The notes below the pieces were generated by a model, which worked only from the letters and a program-made list of their open reading frames with translations, did no database searches and was not told the origin of the DNA. The translations under genes were made by a program, and so were the position numbers. A stretch of 63,033 nucleotides of DNA, counting the filler, from Stramenopiles sp. TOSAG23-6 (lineage: Eukaryota), in assembly GCA_900128565.1 (NCBI GenBank). It is 12 parts of 12 records of this genome, joined end to end, with 100 filler letters (N's around TTAATTAATTAA, not from the genome) between each part and the next. Parts side by side here need not be neighbours in the genome. Positions count along the whole stretch, not along the records: positions 21,106 to 26,275 come from LT636962.1; positions 26,376 to 31,535 come from LT636963.1; positions 31,636 to 36,793 come from LT636964.1; positions 36,894 to 42,044 come from LT636965.1; 8 more parts are not named here. One strand, 5' to 3'. Positions 24,024 to 36,927 of the stretch are shown piece after piece; position 1 is the stretch's first letter, and each line of letters opens with the position of its first letter.

Positions 24024-24439
24024 AAAACTACAAAAACACTGACAAATGAAATGAAAGCTCAAAAGTGGCACATGCAAAAAATTGCTCAATACCTTTATCG
24101 CCCACATACTGTAGTATAGTACCTAAAGCTAATGTGCCACTCCTATTTTTGCTATTCTATTCTCAAAGAGGAGCTCTTTTGAGCAAGGCAAAGAGAGGAC
24201 AAAGAGAGCGAGAGACAGGAGGAAGAGAGCAAATTCGTTTCTCAAAAATTTTGTTTCAATTTTGTTTTTTAGATTTCGTGTTTGTTCTTGTGATTCTGGG
24301 ATGTCATTATTTTGTGTCAGTTATCGCCGAGGAAGTTTCTTTGTTGTTACTTGTGTCATACATATACACTAACTAGTCCGGTCTTGAAAAAAAAATGGTT
24401 TGGAAAGTACAGAAAAAAAACAATTGAATTGCTCTTATA

Positions 24440-26185
24440 ATGGACAAAATTTTTGAAGGATTGTTGCGCTCTTCGCATGAGCCGAATGTTGTAGAACATC
24501 TTGTTGACCTTTTTCTGAGTCGTTGCACGTCGTCACAACTAATTGAACCGGTGCTCCTTAGTTCGGCAGTTGCTTGGTGTACTGAAAATGAAAGTAAGAG
24601 TAGTTGTGAATATGATGACGCTGCTGATGATAGTGATACCAGCAATGTAACCTCGGGTAAAAGGCCATCACCTACTCGTAATGCTGATGGTAATCAGGGT
24701 GTTCGACCATATGCACATATGCTCGGTAAGCGAGTGCTCCAGAAATCTGCAACAATTTCCCCTACTGAGTTCTTCATACATTTCGGAACTGATCAGTTGC
24801 GTACTCTGGTGCCTAAATCCATATGTCGGGGTAGTCGTACAATAGAAGAGGATGTTCCTCTTCGTTTGGAATGCTTGTTACTAATCCTTCGTCTAAAATC
24901 TTCGATAGTGAATAAACTATCAAACACCTCAGAGAATCAAACTGAGAAGATTGGTATAGGCACAAAGCCTGCACCAACTATTAATAATTTCAACATGGAA
25001 TGTCTTTCTGTTGCACCCATACTCTGGTCATTTGTGCGACATCGTTTAATAGATGATATATCCACAGGTTTCTCTTTGTGTCGAAAATCTCCGAAATTTC
25101 CTTACCATAAATGGAAATCAAAAGAAGTAATTGCAAAAATAACCTCAGAGTTCCCTCTCTGTCTAAAACTAGAACCCTCTGATACAGTGAACTATGAGTG
25201 TAGTGTACAACTTTCTTATATTGCAATAGACTGGGCTTGGTGTTGGGCTGGACGTTTGATCTCTCCAGTGATAGCAGAGGATTCTTTTGTATTGTTAGAT
25301 GAAAATGTCTCTAAAAAAGAGCAAAACCCTAACCCAAAACAAATTGGATCAGCATCAGCGTCTGCAACTTCAGGAGCTCTTACGTTTGCGAGTATGCTTC
25401 GAAAATGTGTCACAATAGATCCAAACAAAGAATATTGGTCTATATTCGAACATCTTTTTGAGGTAATAATTTTTGATTTCTTGCATAGCAAAGACAATGC
25501 AAGGAAATTCTGTGCAACTGTAGCTAGGGAAAGAGGTCGACTTATGATTCCTATTGCTAATGTTTTGAAGGGAATACATAATAAAGAAAATCAAAATACA
25601 AATAATTATCAAAAATTAATCAAGAAATTGCATATGATTCATGGAACTGATGTAGTAAATCAAGGGATCATGCATTTAGTATTGACACTAGAGCAGTGGC
25701 CAGGTATTAATGATATTCGTAGAGTTATGAATGATTGGTCTAGTAGTTTTCTGTCGTCGTTATGTACGTTTTCATCATGAATTTCAAATTTATTTATTTT
25801 TTTGTACGAAATTTCGTACCTAACAAAAAAAATCAAATTTTTGAAATATTTTTTCACAATATATGTCGCTTACAATATTTTAAACCCATCCAAAGTATAA
25901 TGAATAAATCAAGCTTTACGAAAGTAGGTACAGTATGGTATTTACTTCCGATGGAATGGTATGTATGTTTTATTTTTTTTCAAATTCCAATTTTTTTTCG
26001 TACGAAATTTTTTACCTAACAAATTTTTTTTTGAAATACTTTTCCAAAATTCATTCGTTTTGGTGTGAAAAAATGAAACAAATAAATTCATCATTAGTAC
26101 CACAATTTGGTATGAAATGTATGATCAATTCAGAGATGAATCTTCCTTCTTCTGTCTCTACACAACAGGAGGATGAATCCTCAAT
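24440..26185 (+). CDS. USP35/USP38-like deubiquitinase, N-terminal region; 3'-partial. Introns 25764-25864, 25963-26054, 26186-
   Basis: MDKIFEGLLRSSH resembles the USP38 N-terminus MDKILEGLVSSSH; LGKRVLQ..PTEF and QWP..DWSSSFLSSL also resemble USP38; catalytic domain not in the window. Confidence 0.6.
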
Positions 26186-26449
26186 GTATGTTTTATTTTT
26201 TTTAATTTCGAATTTATTTATTTTTTCGTACGAAATTTTGTACCTAACAAATTTAAGTTTTTTTTTTTGAAATATNNNNNNNNNNNNNNNNNNNNNNNNN
26301 NNNNNNNNNNNNNNNNNNNTTAATTAATTAANNNNNNNNNNNNNNNNNNNNNNNNNNNNNNNNNNNNNNNNNNNNTTGTAAAATTGTTAGGTACGAAATT
26401 TCGTACAAAAGAAAATGTAGATAAAAAATTGAAAAAAAATAAAACATAT

Positions 26450-28114
26450 CCTCCTCAATTTCTGAATTACTTATGATCAATCCAGAATCACTTTTATCTT
26501 TAAAATGTTCCATTTCAAACTCAGACACTTCCTTAGATACTGAAAGAGATGGTCGAATTAAGAAACGAACCAACATACCTGCAGCGTCACCTTTAAATGT
26601 ATCTTCAAATATATCAAAATAATGAGGATTCATCTGAAGTATGTATTGTGAAAAATATTTTTTTTTTTTTTACCGAAAATAAAAAAAAAATCGTTAGGTA
26701 CGAAATTTCATACGAAAAAAAAAAAAAAAAAATGAAAAACNNNNNNNNNNNNNNNNNNNNNNNNNNNNNNNTCTAGTGAACACTAAAAAAAAATTTGAAA
26801 TTCAAAAAAAAAAAAGTTTTTGTTAGGTACAAAATTTCGTACTAAAAAAAAACTAAATTCATGATGAAAAACATACAAACTCTTCACCAAAATCAACCAT
26901 TTGTATATACTCATTTTCTATTTTTTCATTAATATTATAACCAAAATCCACAGCATCTACCATACCAATATCTGCACCATTTGAAGCCATCTCAAGCAGC
27001 ACAGCTTGGAATATCCAGGGTAACCGTCGAAGTTCCCCATGCTCATTTTCAANNNNNNNNNNNNNNNNNNNNNNNNNNNNNNNNNNNNNNNNNNNNNNNN
27101 NNNNNNNNNNNNNNNNNNNNNNNNNNNNNNNNNNNNNNNNNNNNNNNNNNNNNNNNNNNNNNNNNNNNNNNNNNNNNNNNNNNNNNNNNNNNNNNNNNNN
27201 NNNNNNNNNNNNNNNNNNNNNNNNNNNNNNNNNNNNNNNNNNNNNNNNNNNNNNNNNNNNNNNNNNNNNNNNNNNNNNNNNNNNNNNNNNNNNNNNNNNN
27301 NATCTACAAAGATATATAATGTGAAAAATATGTTTATGTGTGGGATTCGTCAGGTACAGAATTTTCTTATTTAAAAAGAAAAACATCAAAAAAAAAGAAT
27401 TTCATGATGAAAATAGACATTTCAAAAAAAAAAAAATCTTAGGTACAAAATTTTGTATGAAAAAAAAAATTAAAAACTTAAATTCATTATGAAAACAGAC
27501 ACTGTCAATGAAATCATGAGTATGTGGAGAAGCATAATGCAGAAGAAGAATTCTTTTTGTTAAAATAGCGATTGCCATTGCGCTTACAATGCTAATAATT
27601 TGATTTCCTAATCCAACAAATGGCATGGGGTATGAAAAAGTATTTCAAAAAACAATTTTAATTTGTTAGGTACAAAATTTCGTATGAAAAAAATATTTAG
27701 ACAAAACATTGAAATGAAAACGTACATATTAAGCACTAAAATATTCATCGATTCCATTTTCAAATTACCTTGACTTAAGTCAAGTGAAAATTTATGATGG
27801 CGATCGAGATACGATTTCATCCTATTTTGTAAAGATATTTAAGGTTCAATTTTTTTGTTAGGTACACATTTTCGTATGAAAAAAAATCAAAAGTTCAAAT
27901 TTGAACACGGACATATTTTGCCAAGATGTTTCAGATTCTTTTCTCTCAGATGGAAATGCTTTTTGAGATGTATCAACAACAAGTTGCTGTAGAACTTCTG
28001 AACGTGTAGGTCTATTGATCAAAGTTGATTTATTTTTTAAACAATTGAGGGAAAAATTATTTTGAGATGAAACATTTGACGTTGTATTACCTACTTTATC
28101 TTGACAAGTATTAC
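26450..28114 (-). CDS. GT37/xyloglucan-fucosyltransferase-like glycosyltransferase fragments, intron-rich and gapped
   Basis: Spliced LVLNM|PFVGLGNQIISIVSAMAIAILTKRILLL (GLGN motif) and LQMNPHY..FLIRPS. Introns 27912-27822, 27725-27625, 27500-27312, 26876-26641, 26449-. Confidence 0.6.
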
Positions 28115-28241
28115 ATGTAGGAAAATATTTCAAAAATTTGATTTTATGTATTGTCAAGTACAGAATATCATACAAAATAAAATTGCCTATGAATATATAT
28201 ATTTATATAAATTCGAAATTCATAATGAAAACGTAGATGTC

Positions 28242-28273
<32 letters not shown>

Positions 28274-28326
28274 TGTACCAAAAAAAAAAAAAAAAAAAAA
28301 AAAACTGAAAAAAAAATAAAACATGC

Positions 28327-29469
28327 ATGTTCCCCAGCCATTTCACCATGGTCCGATGTGAATATTATAATCGTATCCTGATCTACACCAGCATCTGTTA
28401 AAGCGTTGAGTAATTGTACAATATGTCTATCAGATTCTACAAAACAATTCAGATAAAAATCTAGATTTCTCTGAAATTCATCAACCGTTTTCATTTTTCC
28501 AAATATAATATCAGTATCATGCATGTGATGACGTGCGCTCAAAGGTAGTTCGTATGCGTCTTTCATATCTGAATTATTACTCACATTATTTTTATAGAGA
28601 TTTGGCGTTTCATTCCATTTTTTTTTGAATGTTTTTTCGTCAGGAGGCGACATGAACGGAACCTTTCCATTAAATTTTTCCATTCTTCTACTTTTGCTTT
28701 GATCTACTCCAGAGTCGAAAAACATGATATCATGTGGATTAATAAAATTTACTGCAAGGAACCATGGCTTTGAGGTTTGGGATACTTTTTTTATTTTTTC
28801 CGCTGAATTTTCTGATATCGAGGTTTTTGATGAGAAATTCTCCAAAGGATGCTCTTCAACTTTCTTGGCATGCTCAAATATAAAATCTACAGCTTCTTGA
28901 GTAGTTATGGGATCCTGGTAAAATCCTTCATTACACGCACCCCAAAAATTACCCATTGAGTTCCACTCTCCAAAACCAAATTTTTCAAGAGATTTTGTGT
29001 GGTTCACACCAAAGTAATTTGGTTTTTTTTCTTTACGTCTTTGTACGTCACCATCTCCATAATTACCATTAATATCATAATTATCCTCTTGTTTAAAACG
29101 GCGAACATCAAGATCACTTGTTAAATGCCATTTACCCTTGTAAGCAGTCCGAAAGCCATTTTGATGAAGAATATGACCGACGGTTAAACCGCGACCTGAA
29201 CTATTATATAGAGGTAAATCCCTATCGTTACTAAATACACCCGTATTTTGAAAATGCTGCCCTGTATACATTACAGAACGACTCGGTGTACATGGTGCAG
29301 AGTTAATGAAAAAGTTATCAAAAGAAACACTTTGTCTCAGAAGTTTTGCACGTCCGGGTAATATAGTTTCCAGTTTCGAATAAAATCCAGATGGTAGATC
29401 TGTCCAACGTCGTTCTTGGTCCATTACTATAAGTAATATATTATATTGACCTTCTGGACGGTTACTCAT
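28327..29469 (-). CDS. Formylglycine-dependent sulfatase, bacterial-like; truncated at a family intron starting 28326 (GC donor)
   Basis: NILLIVMDQER, CTPSRSVMYTG, YKGKWHL, PWFLAVNFINPHDIM, DTIIIFTSDHGEMAGEH. Confidence 0.88.
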
Positions 29470-29886
29470 CTTACTAAATATATTTGTCTTTATGGAACTA
29501 TTTAATAATTACGTATTACTATCTAGATGAGTTTTATTCACTACGGAAGTGTATAGTATAGTTCAAGAAAAAGTAAAATATCCTTCAAAGTTACACAGAA
29601 ATACCGTACATTTCGTTCATACCAAAATTTATTACCTAAACCGACTCGAAATGCATAACGTAAAAACTGAAAAACATCAGATTCATCCAATTATACTACC
29701 GGTTTGTGTCTCACTATTATTGCACTATTATTTACCTGCTCTAGCTTCCCTTTGAACGATAAAGAGAATATACCATTTTTTGTTGCACATTTCCGCATAT
29801 TATCAAAATAGTAAAAATGAACAGATCCCTATAGATACCTCGCTACATTGATAGAAAATACTGTTTCACAAGCTCAAAAGAGATCA

Positions 29887-31430
29887 ATGCTTCGTTTTTT
29901 TGACACTGCGAGATTCGGAGTATCTATTGTAAGGACAACTCGAAGTAGATACTACCATCCTTTCAACAATGCTAATACTGTAAGCAGAAGAATTATATCA
30001 AAACGAAAACCAAATACAGTTACTCGACTGAATAGTTCATTTGACCCAATTGGCACACCAGTAGAAAGCTCGGCGTTTGACTTTACAAAGTTAGATTTTT
30101 CAGATACCCGTGTGGCGTATCAGTCCAAGTCGACAGCTGATATCATACGAGCATTAATTGTGTTTCGTATATGCACTATAACATGGTTAGTAAAGCATAG
30201 TGATCGACTCCTTGTACAAGCAAAGCGTGTACTCGGTGATAAAATTGTCGGTACATTCTTTCGGCCGACATTTTTCCGCCATTTTTGTGCTGGAGAAGAT
30301 GAAAGTGGTATTACTCAAACAGTGCAGCACCTGAATTCTTTTGGTGTTGGTGGAATACTGGATTACGCTGCAGAAGCAGATCTCAATAGTGATGATTCAA
30401 CGAAAAATGAAGTATCCATGAATGATGAAGCCAAAGGTATTCTAGATGTTATGCCGAATCTTCCATCATCAGCATCTGTTGCTCGAGTCTATGAGTATAC
30501 CAATGAAGTAGAGTGTGATTTAAATATGAAAATATTTGAGAAATGTATTAAATCTGTGCATAATGTTAGCCCCGAAGGTTTTGCAGCCATTAAAATTACA
30601 GCGTTGGGAAATCCGAAATTATTGGAACGAGTGAGCCAAACTCTTCTTGAGATTCGAAGTATGTTTTTTTTTTTTCAATTTCAATTTCGAATTTCGAATT
30701 TATTTTTTCGTACGAAATTTTGTACCTAACAAAGATTTTTTTTAAATTGAAATATTTTTCTAAAATTTCATGTATGTTTCGACGGTATGATCGTGATGGT
30801 GATGGAAAATTATCATTTCCTGAGTTTAAAGATGCCTTTCTTGAAGATTTTGATGTGAAAGATAATGACGTCATAAAATATTTTGAACATTTTTGTGGAA
30901 ATAGTGAGGATGACACTACAATCGATTACATTGAATGGACAGCCTCTTTAAAATTAGATGATTTATGGAGCCTAGTGAGGATGAGTAGAGAAAAAGGACC
31001 GTTGGCAGAAGTTGCTTGTACGTTTTCAAAATTGATTTTTTTTTGTATGAAATTTTTTTTCATAGAAAATTTTGTACCTAACGATTTTTGTGTTTACGGG
31101 AAAAAAAAAATCACAATACAGTAGATACCGAAGAAATGAAATTATTGGAAGAACTATATAAACGCACTGATCGTTTGTGCTCACTTGCGGCTGATATAGG
31201 AGTTCGCGTTATGATTGATGCAGAACAAACTTATTTTCAGCCTGCTATTGATAATGTATGTTTTATTTTTTTTAATTTCGAAATTTGTGTTTTCGTACGA
31301 AATTTTGTACCTAACAATTTTTTTAGTTTTTTTTTTTTGAAATATTTTTCTAAAATACATATTGTACTTGAAATGCAACGTAAGTATAATATGCCTGGTA
31401 AAAATCCTGTAAATGATCGAGCGGTTGTTT
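29887..31430 (+). CDS. PRODH: Mitochondrial proline dehydrogenase with an EF-hand insert; 3'-partial. Introns 30659-30771 (GT-AT), 31018-31121 (GT-AG), 31256-31360 (GT-AT), 31431-
   Basis: TFFRHFCAGED, GILDYAAE, FAAIKITALG, VRVMIDAEQTYFQPAIDN|IVLEMQRKYN. Confidence 0.92.
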
Positions 31431-31635
31431 GTACGTTTTCTTTTTTACTTTTTTAAATTTAGTTTATTTTTTTCATAGATAATTTCATTTAAAATGATTT
31501 TTTTTTTTCGAAAAAAAAAAAAAAAAAAATATTTCNNNNNNNNNNNNNNNNNNNNNNNNNNNNNNNNNNNNNNNNNNNNTTAATTAATTAANNNNNNNNN
31601 NNNNNNNNNNNNNNNNNNNNNNNNNNNNNNNNNNN

Positions 31636-33407
31636 ACAAATCACGAAATATCAAATAACTCAAATGATATCACAAATCACGAAATATCAATGATTAAAGT
31701 AGAAATATCAGAAGTAGAACAAATTGCAAATTCAATATTTCAATCAACGGAGTCGATATTATTATTTGTAAAAAGTTGTATACAAATGGTACAAAATATG
31801 AAAGTAAAAGAGAATATTTCCTTACATTGGATATATATTATGTACGTTTTTTTTTCATACGAAAATGTGTACCTAACAAAAACAAAGTTCAATGTTTCAA
31901 AAAAAAGAAAATTATAATTTTTATAATTTTTTTATAATTTTGTATCTAACAAAATGTATATAAATATATATATATTTCACAATAAATACCGTTTCTTTCT
32001 TTGAATATAGAAATATATACAATATGTAAAGAATGTATTGATAAAATAATCTTCGAATTTAAAGATACAAATAATTTGAATAAATTCAAAATTAGTTACT
32101 TATACATGATACAATGTATTTTAAGTGTATATACAAAAAATACAAAAAATACAAAAAATACTACAATTGAAAAAAATACAAAAAATACAAAACATACAAA
32201 AAATACTACAATGGACAAAAATACAAAAATGCAAATACACGAAATACTTGGAAATATTGAACACGTAGATATGATACATATATTAGCATCTCTACCCTAT
32301 TTGTTTTGTAGTATTGACACGAAAAAAAAAATCAAAATATCAAAATTTGGATTTTTTATATTTCAATATTCAAAACAAATTTTTTTAAACTCATTAAATC
32401 AATCAAAACTAAATTCTTGGCAAAGTTATTGTATACTGTATACAGTTATAAAAGAACAAAATACACCCAATGACTCTAACCCTAATCTTCAACAATATTT
32501 ACAGAATTCTATAAAAAAGTTTCAAACAACAGAAAATTTTAAAAAAAATTCTGAAAACAATTTTGAAAAATTATATGTCGCATTATTATTTCATGTATTA
32601 CAAAATTTCACAAACCAAATAGGCAATTCAAAAGTGATATATTTTAGTAATAACTTGACAAATGAAGATTATTGGACATTTTTATTGAATCACTTTGATC
32701 AATTATTATCAAAAAAAACAAAAACACAAGAAAACATTATTTCGTGTTTTAATGATTTTGTTGATTTTGATGAGTATGCCACCATACATCAATTCAAAAA
32801 TGATTGTGATTTATTATATACAATGATAGGATGGTCACATTTTATTGTAAACAAAGAAAATACACATAATGAAAAAAACAAAAAAAACAAAAAAGACGAT
32901 CAAATTCTTAAAAATCTTCATTGCATTTTCTCTCATGGCATTGAAAATTGTGTTAAACAACAGAAGCACGATGCAAGATTGTATATATTTCATGCACTGT
33001 TATATGCTATACAAGGTGATGTAGAGAATTCTTTCAGGACATTTCGTATTTTGTCCGAAGTGGAACAAACATGTTCAAAAGAAGACCAAATATTCTATAT
33101 TTCAAAAATTCATTTGTTTCGTGTGATTTCAATAATTGGTTTTTACTTTATTTCTCATAAACATCAATGGCATGAAATGATTCAACTTATATTTGATATA
33201 TACAAACAGAAAAAACAAAATAATATAAAAAAACAAGAAAATCAGATTGAAAAAGAAATGATACAAACTATACTATTGAAAATGACACGTGTCAAATCGC
33301 TTTCTCCGATTGAATTTTTTAATGTATTACCAAATGATGGAAATGTTTTTTTTTTCTTGCCTATCATTCAAAAAGCTCTACAAAGACAATATCATGAAAC
33401 TGAGTAA
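31636..33407 (+). CDS. HPS3-like (BLOC-2) C-terminal region, low-complexity; 5'-partial. Intron 31842-31987 (GT-AT)
   Basis: C-terminus LSPIEFFNVLPNDGNVFFFLPII resembles the HPS3 C-terminus (DFMNVLPEDGTATFFLPYL, from memory). Confidence 0.5.
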
Positions 33408-33659
33408 CAAAAGTATATCATTTAATAATAAATCTCAAACGATAAAAATGTATAGATTTCCCCAAAATAAAACACACAATTTTTTTTTCTTCATTTCTAC
33501 ATGGCTTTAGTCATTGCACCAACCCTAACCCTAGTAGTACTCTAATAATGTTGAAAAAAAATGATTGCACGTTGAACAATAACACACATTTTTAGTACAC
33601 ATAAAGCTATACACTAGACTTATCATATTTCACATACTCAAACAATACTCAAAAAATAC

Positions 33660-34115
33660 TTACACTGCAAGTATTGCTTCAGGAATTTCTTTATATGAAG
33701 TTTCTTCAGACATTTCGTCATTTTCATTCTCAACAACTGTGTGCAGTATAGGTGTCGCAAATTTCGTAGCTCCAATTCCGTTATAAGCTGACTTGAATCG
33801 ATATGATCGTAGTAACCAGAGTAATGCAAGGAAAAAACATACGTATGGATACATACGAGCACTTCCCTCCCAACTACACTCGCAACCTTTCGGGCATTTG
33901 GGTTGAAACACCGTTAACAAACAAAGTCCAAAGCCAAACTTTATTACTGCTGAGGATAAAAAGTATACTGAAAGAACATCCCAGTAGTGTGTTCTCCTTG
34001 CTGCGAATATGACTATCAAACAATTAATCAATGTAAATCCCAAAGCAGCATAGGAAACCATCATATAACGGTGAACATTATGGTCGAATTGTGCTTGACA
34101 ATCACTGTGTAACAT
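33660..34115 (-). CDS. Small membrane protein with ~3 TM helices and a CPKGCEC loop
   Basis: 151-aa ORF with three hydrophobic segments. Confidence 0.6.
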   Translation of the reverse strand: MLHSDCQAQFDHNVHRYMMVSYAALGFTLINCLIVIFAARRTHYWDVLSVYFLSSAVIKFGFGLCLLTVFQPKCPKGCECSWEGSARMYPYVCFFLALLWLLRSYRFKSAYNGIGATKFATPILHTVVENENDEMSEETSYKEIPEAILAV

Positions 34116-34911
34116 CTCTTCTTAATATTCACAGTTTATAATATAATTACTATTGAGAAGAATAGGCACAAAATAAAGCAACAGTTATCCGTTTCGAGTA
34201 TAAATAATGTAATATAGCAAGTATTGATTAACTAAAACAAATTAAATTTGATTTGTATTCACTTTTATACAGTCAACGATGTTTTATTTTTCTCTGGTAG
34301 TATTCTTCAATTAATTGCAAAATGGTGTGACAGCCACAGCAGGAAGAAGAGGAAGAAGAGTCAACACAAAAAACATTTTTAATGCAGTGTCAATATTTTC
34401 AAAATTTATATCAAATCAAATATCTAACAGATTTCGTGTTTTATCACAACTTTTAAAATTCAAATATTTTTGAAAATTTGAAAAAATCGGGGGAAAAACG
34501 ATGCGGTATCATGCGGTATTGAAATTGGATACATATTACGTATTACGTATGGATAAAACTTTGGATTTGAGCATTGAAAGTTCTTAATAATATCATCAAG
34601 TCTTCTTTGGTAAGTTCAATATACATACATGTTTCTGTCTTTATCCTTTCCCCTCTATAATTATTCGATAAGAGAAATGTAGTGAGTTGTGGTTGTAAAT
34701 CAAGTTTTCAAGTTTCCAATTGCTGCTTTGGTAATTTTCACGTTCGGGGACGTTTGTAGAAAGGAAGTGTATTTGATAAATTTTACTTAGACTTTGTCTT
34801 GTATAATACGACAATATAGAAAAGAAAATCGTTTATAAATTGACACTTTGTATAATAAGGGGGAAAGTAATTATGTGCAGGTGTATGTTTATGAAACAAC
34901 TGTTTGTCAAA

Positions 34912-35015
34912 CTCTACATACAATTCTATATTTATGAATGACCCTCTACGTGCAATTCTACATTTATGATTGACTCTCTACGTACAAATCTATATTTATG
35001 AATGATTCTCTACGT
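34912..35015. repeat. 32-bp intergenic tandem repeat, 3.25 copies
   Basis: CTCTACRTRCAAWTCTAYATTTATGAWTGAYY units. Confidence 0.85.
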
Positions 35016-35246
35016 TTCTTAGTGAAACGCCACGAGCAATAATTTTCGAATGACAAATTTGGCGCTCTTTTTGTGTTTTCTTTTTGGTTTTATTCTTTTC
35101 GTATTCCCTTTTTATTGCTCTCAAAAGTTAATAAAATAACTCACTAATTTTACTTTCATGAAATTCAATTTATATATACTTACTACAGGATTTATTGGAT
35201 AAAAAGAAAGTATAACCGAAACGAATTTTCTCCTTTCAAAAGAAAT

Positions 35247-36793
35247 ATGTATCTTTTTGGATTTCCTCTGAAAAAGACAAATGACAATGAAACAAAGGCA
35301 TCCGAAAGAGCAAACCCTATTGCTATAGATCCAAAAGATAAAGGACCGAAATCAAATGTAACGCTACCATTATCCCAAAATGCAAAATCACCGTCACATC
35401 ATCTGCCAGATCTGAGTAAAGCACATACTTTTAGACTATGGTCAACATTCAAGGATGTCATTGAGCCAACGAACGCCTTGCGCAAAATTGATGTGATAAT
35501 TGTATGTTTAATAATGGTGTTGTATGCTCAATTTTGGCCAGTTGGTATTATTTTTGTTAATTTGCTACACATCGAATTTGCTAGTGGAAACTTGGAATTC
35601 CAAGGTCCAGTACAAACGACGCCTCTCATTGCGTACATTTTTCTGTTTTTATTTGCAGTTGTTAGCTTACGAGCTCTCTTTGAACAGTGGTTGTATCAAT
35701 GTGCACAATTCTTTAAGAGAGTCATCAAGGCAATTATTTTAAATGAAAACGACGAGACTACGGAAGTTTTCATAACTGAAGACATTGACAAAACAGAATA
35801 CACATGTTTTTATCTATTTCCACAATGTGTACAGTCTGTTGTTGTAATTGTAACCTTGTTAATTTTTGTGTATTTTCGAAATTTGGTATTAATGGTATAT
35901 ATTTCGTGTCTGCTAATTACTCTGCTTATTCTTTCAATTCTATCAACAAAAAGTACAATGGAACATAATGAAGAACTTTTGAGGTTAGAGTCAGCTATGA
36001 ATGCAGCAAATTCAACAATGGATTGTGAAAACGAAACTATGGATGGTGAAAATTTAACTATGGATGGAGAACATGAAACTATCGATAGAGAAAATATACC
36101 ACCTGATGAGCAGTACTTTTTATCAATGGCACAGCAAATGCATTACTCCATATATGAATTTTTGATAAAAATAGTTCTAGGTGTATCCCTGCCTGGAGCA
36201 GTTGAAGTAAGTGCGTATGTAATTGCCCGTGATAGGATTGGTAACTCTGTGCTTGAAGATGTACTTTGTTTTGTTGCTTTTCTCTATAACGCAAATTCAT
36301 TTTTTACAGCATTGGATGGGATTACCAAGAATGCAAATAATATACGGCGGGTTCGAAAATTATATCAAAAAAATAAGGACAATGTGCAAAATATTCCAAA
36401 TGGTGATAAAACAAGTTATAAGAAACAAATTATTTACGCTTTTGTATTTATGATATTACTCGTTCCTTTGGTAGCTTTGGTATACTATATTTTGAGTCTT
36501 CATTTGTGTGATGAGAATGTCAAAGTTAAATGCTCGTATGAAAGTATTGATGAAAGTAAGATTGTAAATACTAGGTGTGATTCTATAACAGTTACTCAAA
36601 AGTTTAATATTGACAATACTCTATGCCAACTGGATTTAAGTCAATCAGAGATACTTGAAAAATGTAGAGAAAGCTGTAACGTAACAGTTGACACAAAAGT
36701 TATTGCAGCTGTTGAAAATACCATTGGTTTAAAACTACAAGAAACATCCTTTCACTATGATCATTCGCCATTATCAAGTCAACGGAGATTGAA
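35247..36793 (+). CDS. Multi-pass membrane protein (possible degenerate ABC-type TM bundle) with a Cys-containing extracellular region; 3'-partial
   Basis: Open 515-aa frame with ~7 hydrophobic segments and TMDxEN repeats. Confidence 0.55.
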
Positions 36794-36927
36794 NNNNNNN
36801 NNNNNNNNNNNNNNNNNNNNNNNNNNNNNNNNNNNNNTTAATTAATTAANNNNNNNNNNNNNNNNNNNNNNNNNNNNNNNNNNNNNNNNNNNNTTTCAAA
36901 TTATAAAACATATTTTCTTCAAANGCA

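Noticed and set aside
30772-30850. EF-hand in proline dehydrogenase as a novelty
   Set aside because: EF-hand-like inserts are already known in eukaryotic PRODH.
34912-35015. 32-bp repeats as a mini CRISPR
   Set aside because: The units are directly adjacent with no unique spacers; an ordinary minisatellite.
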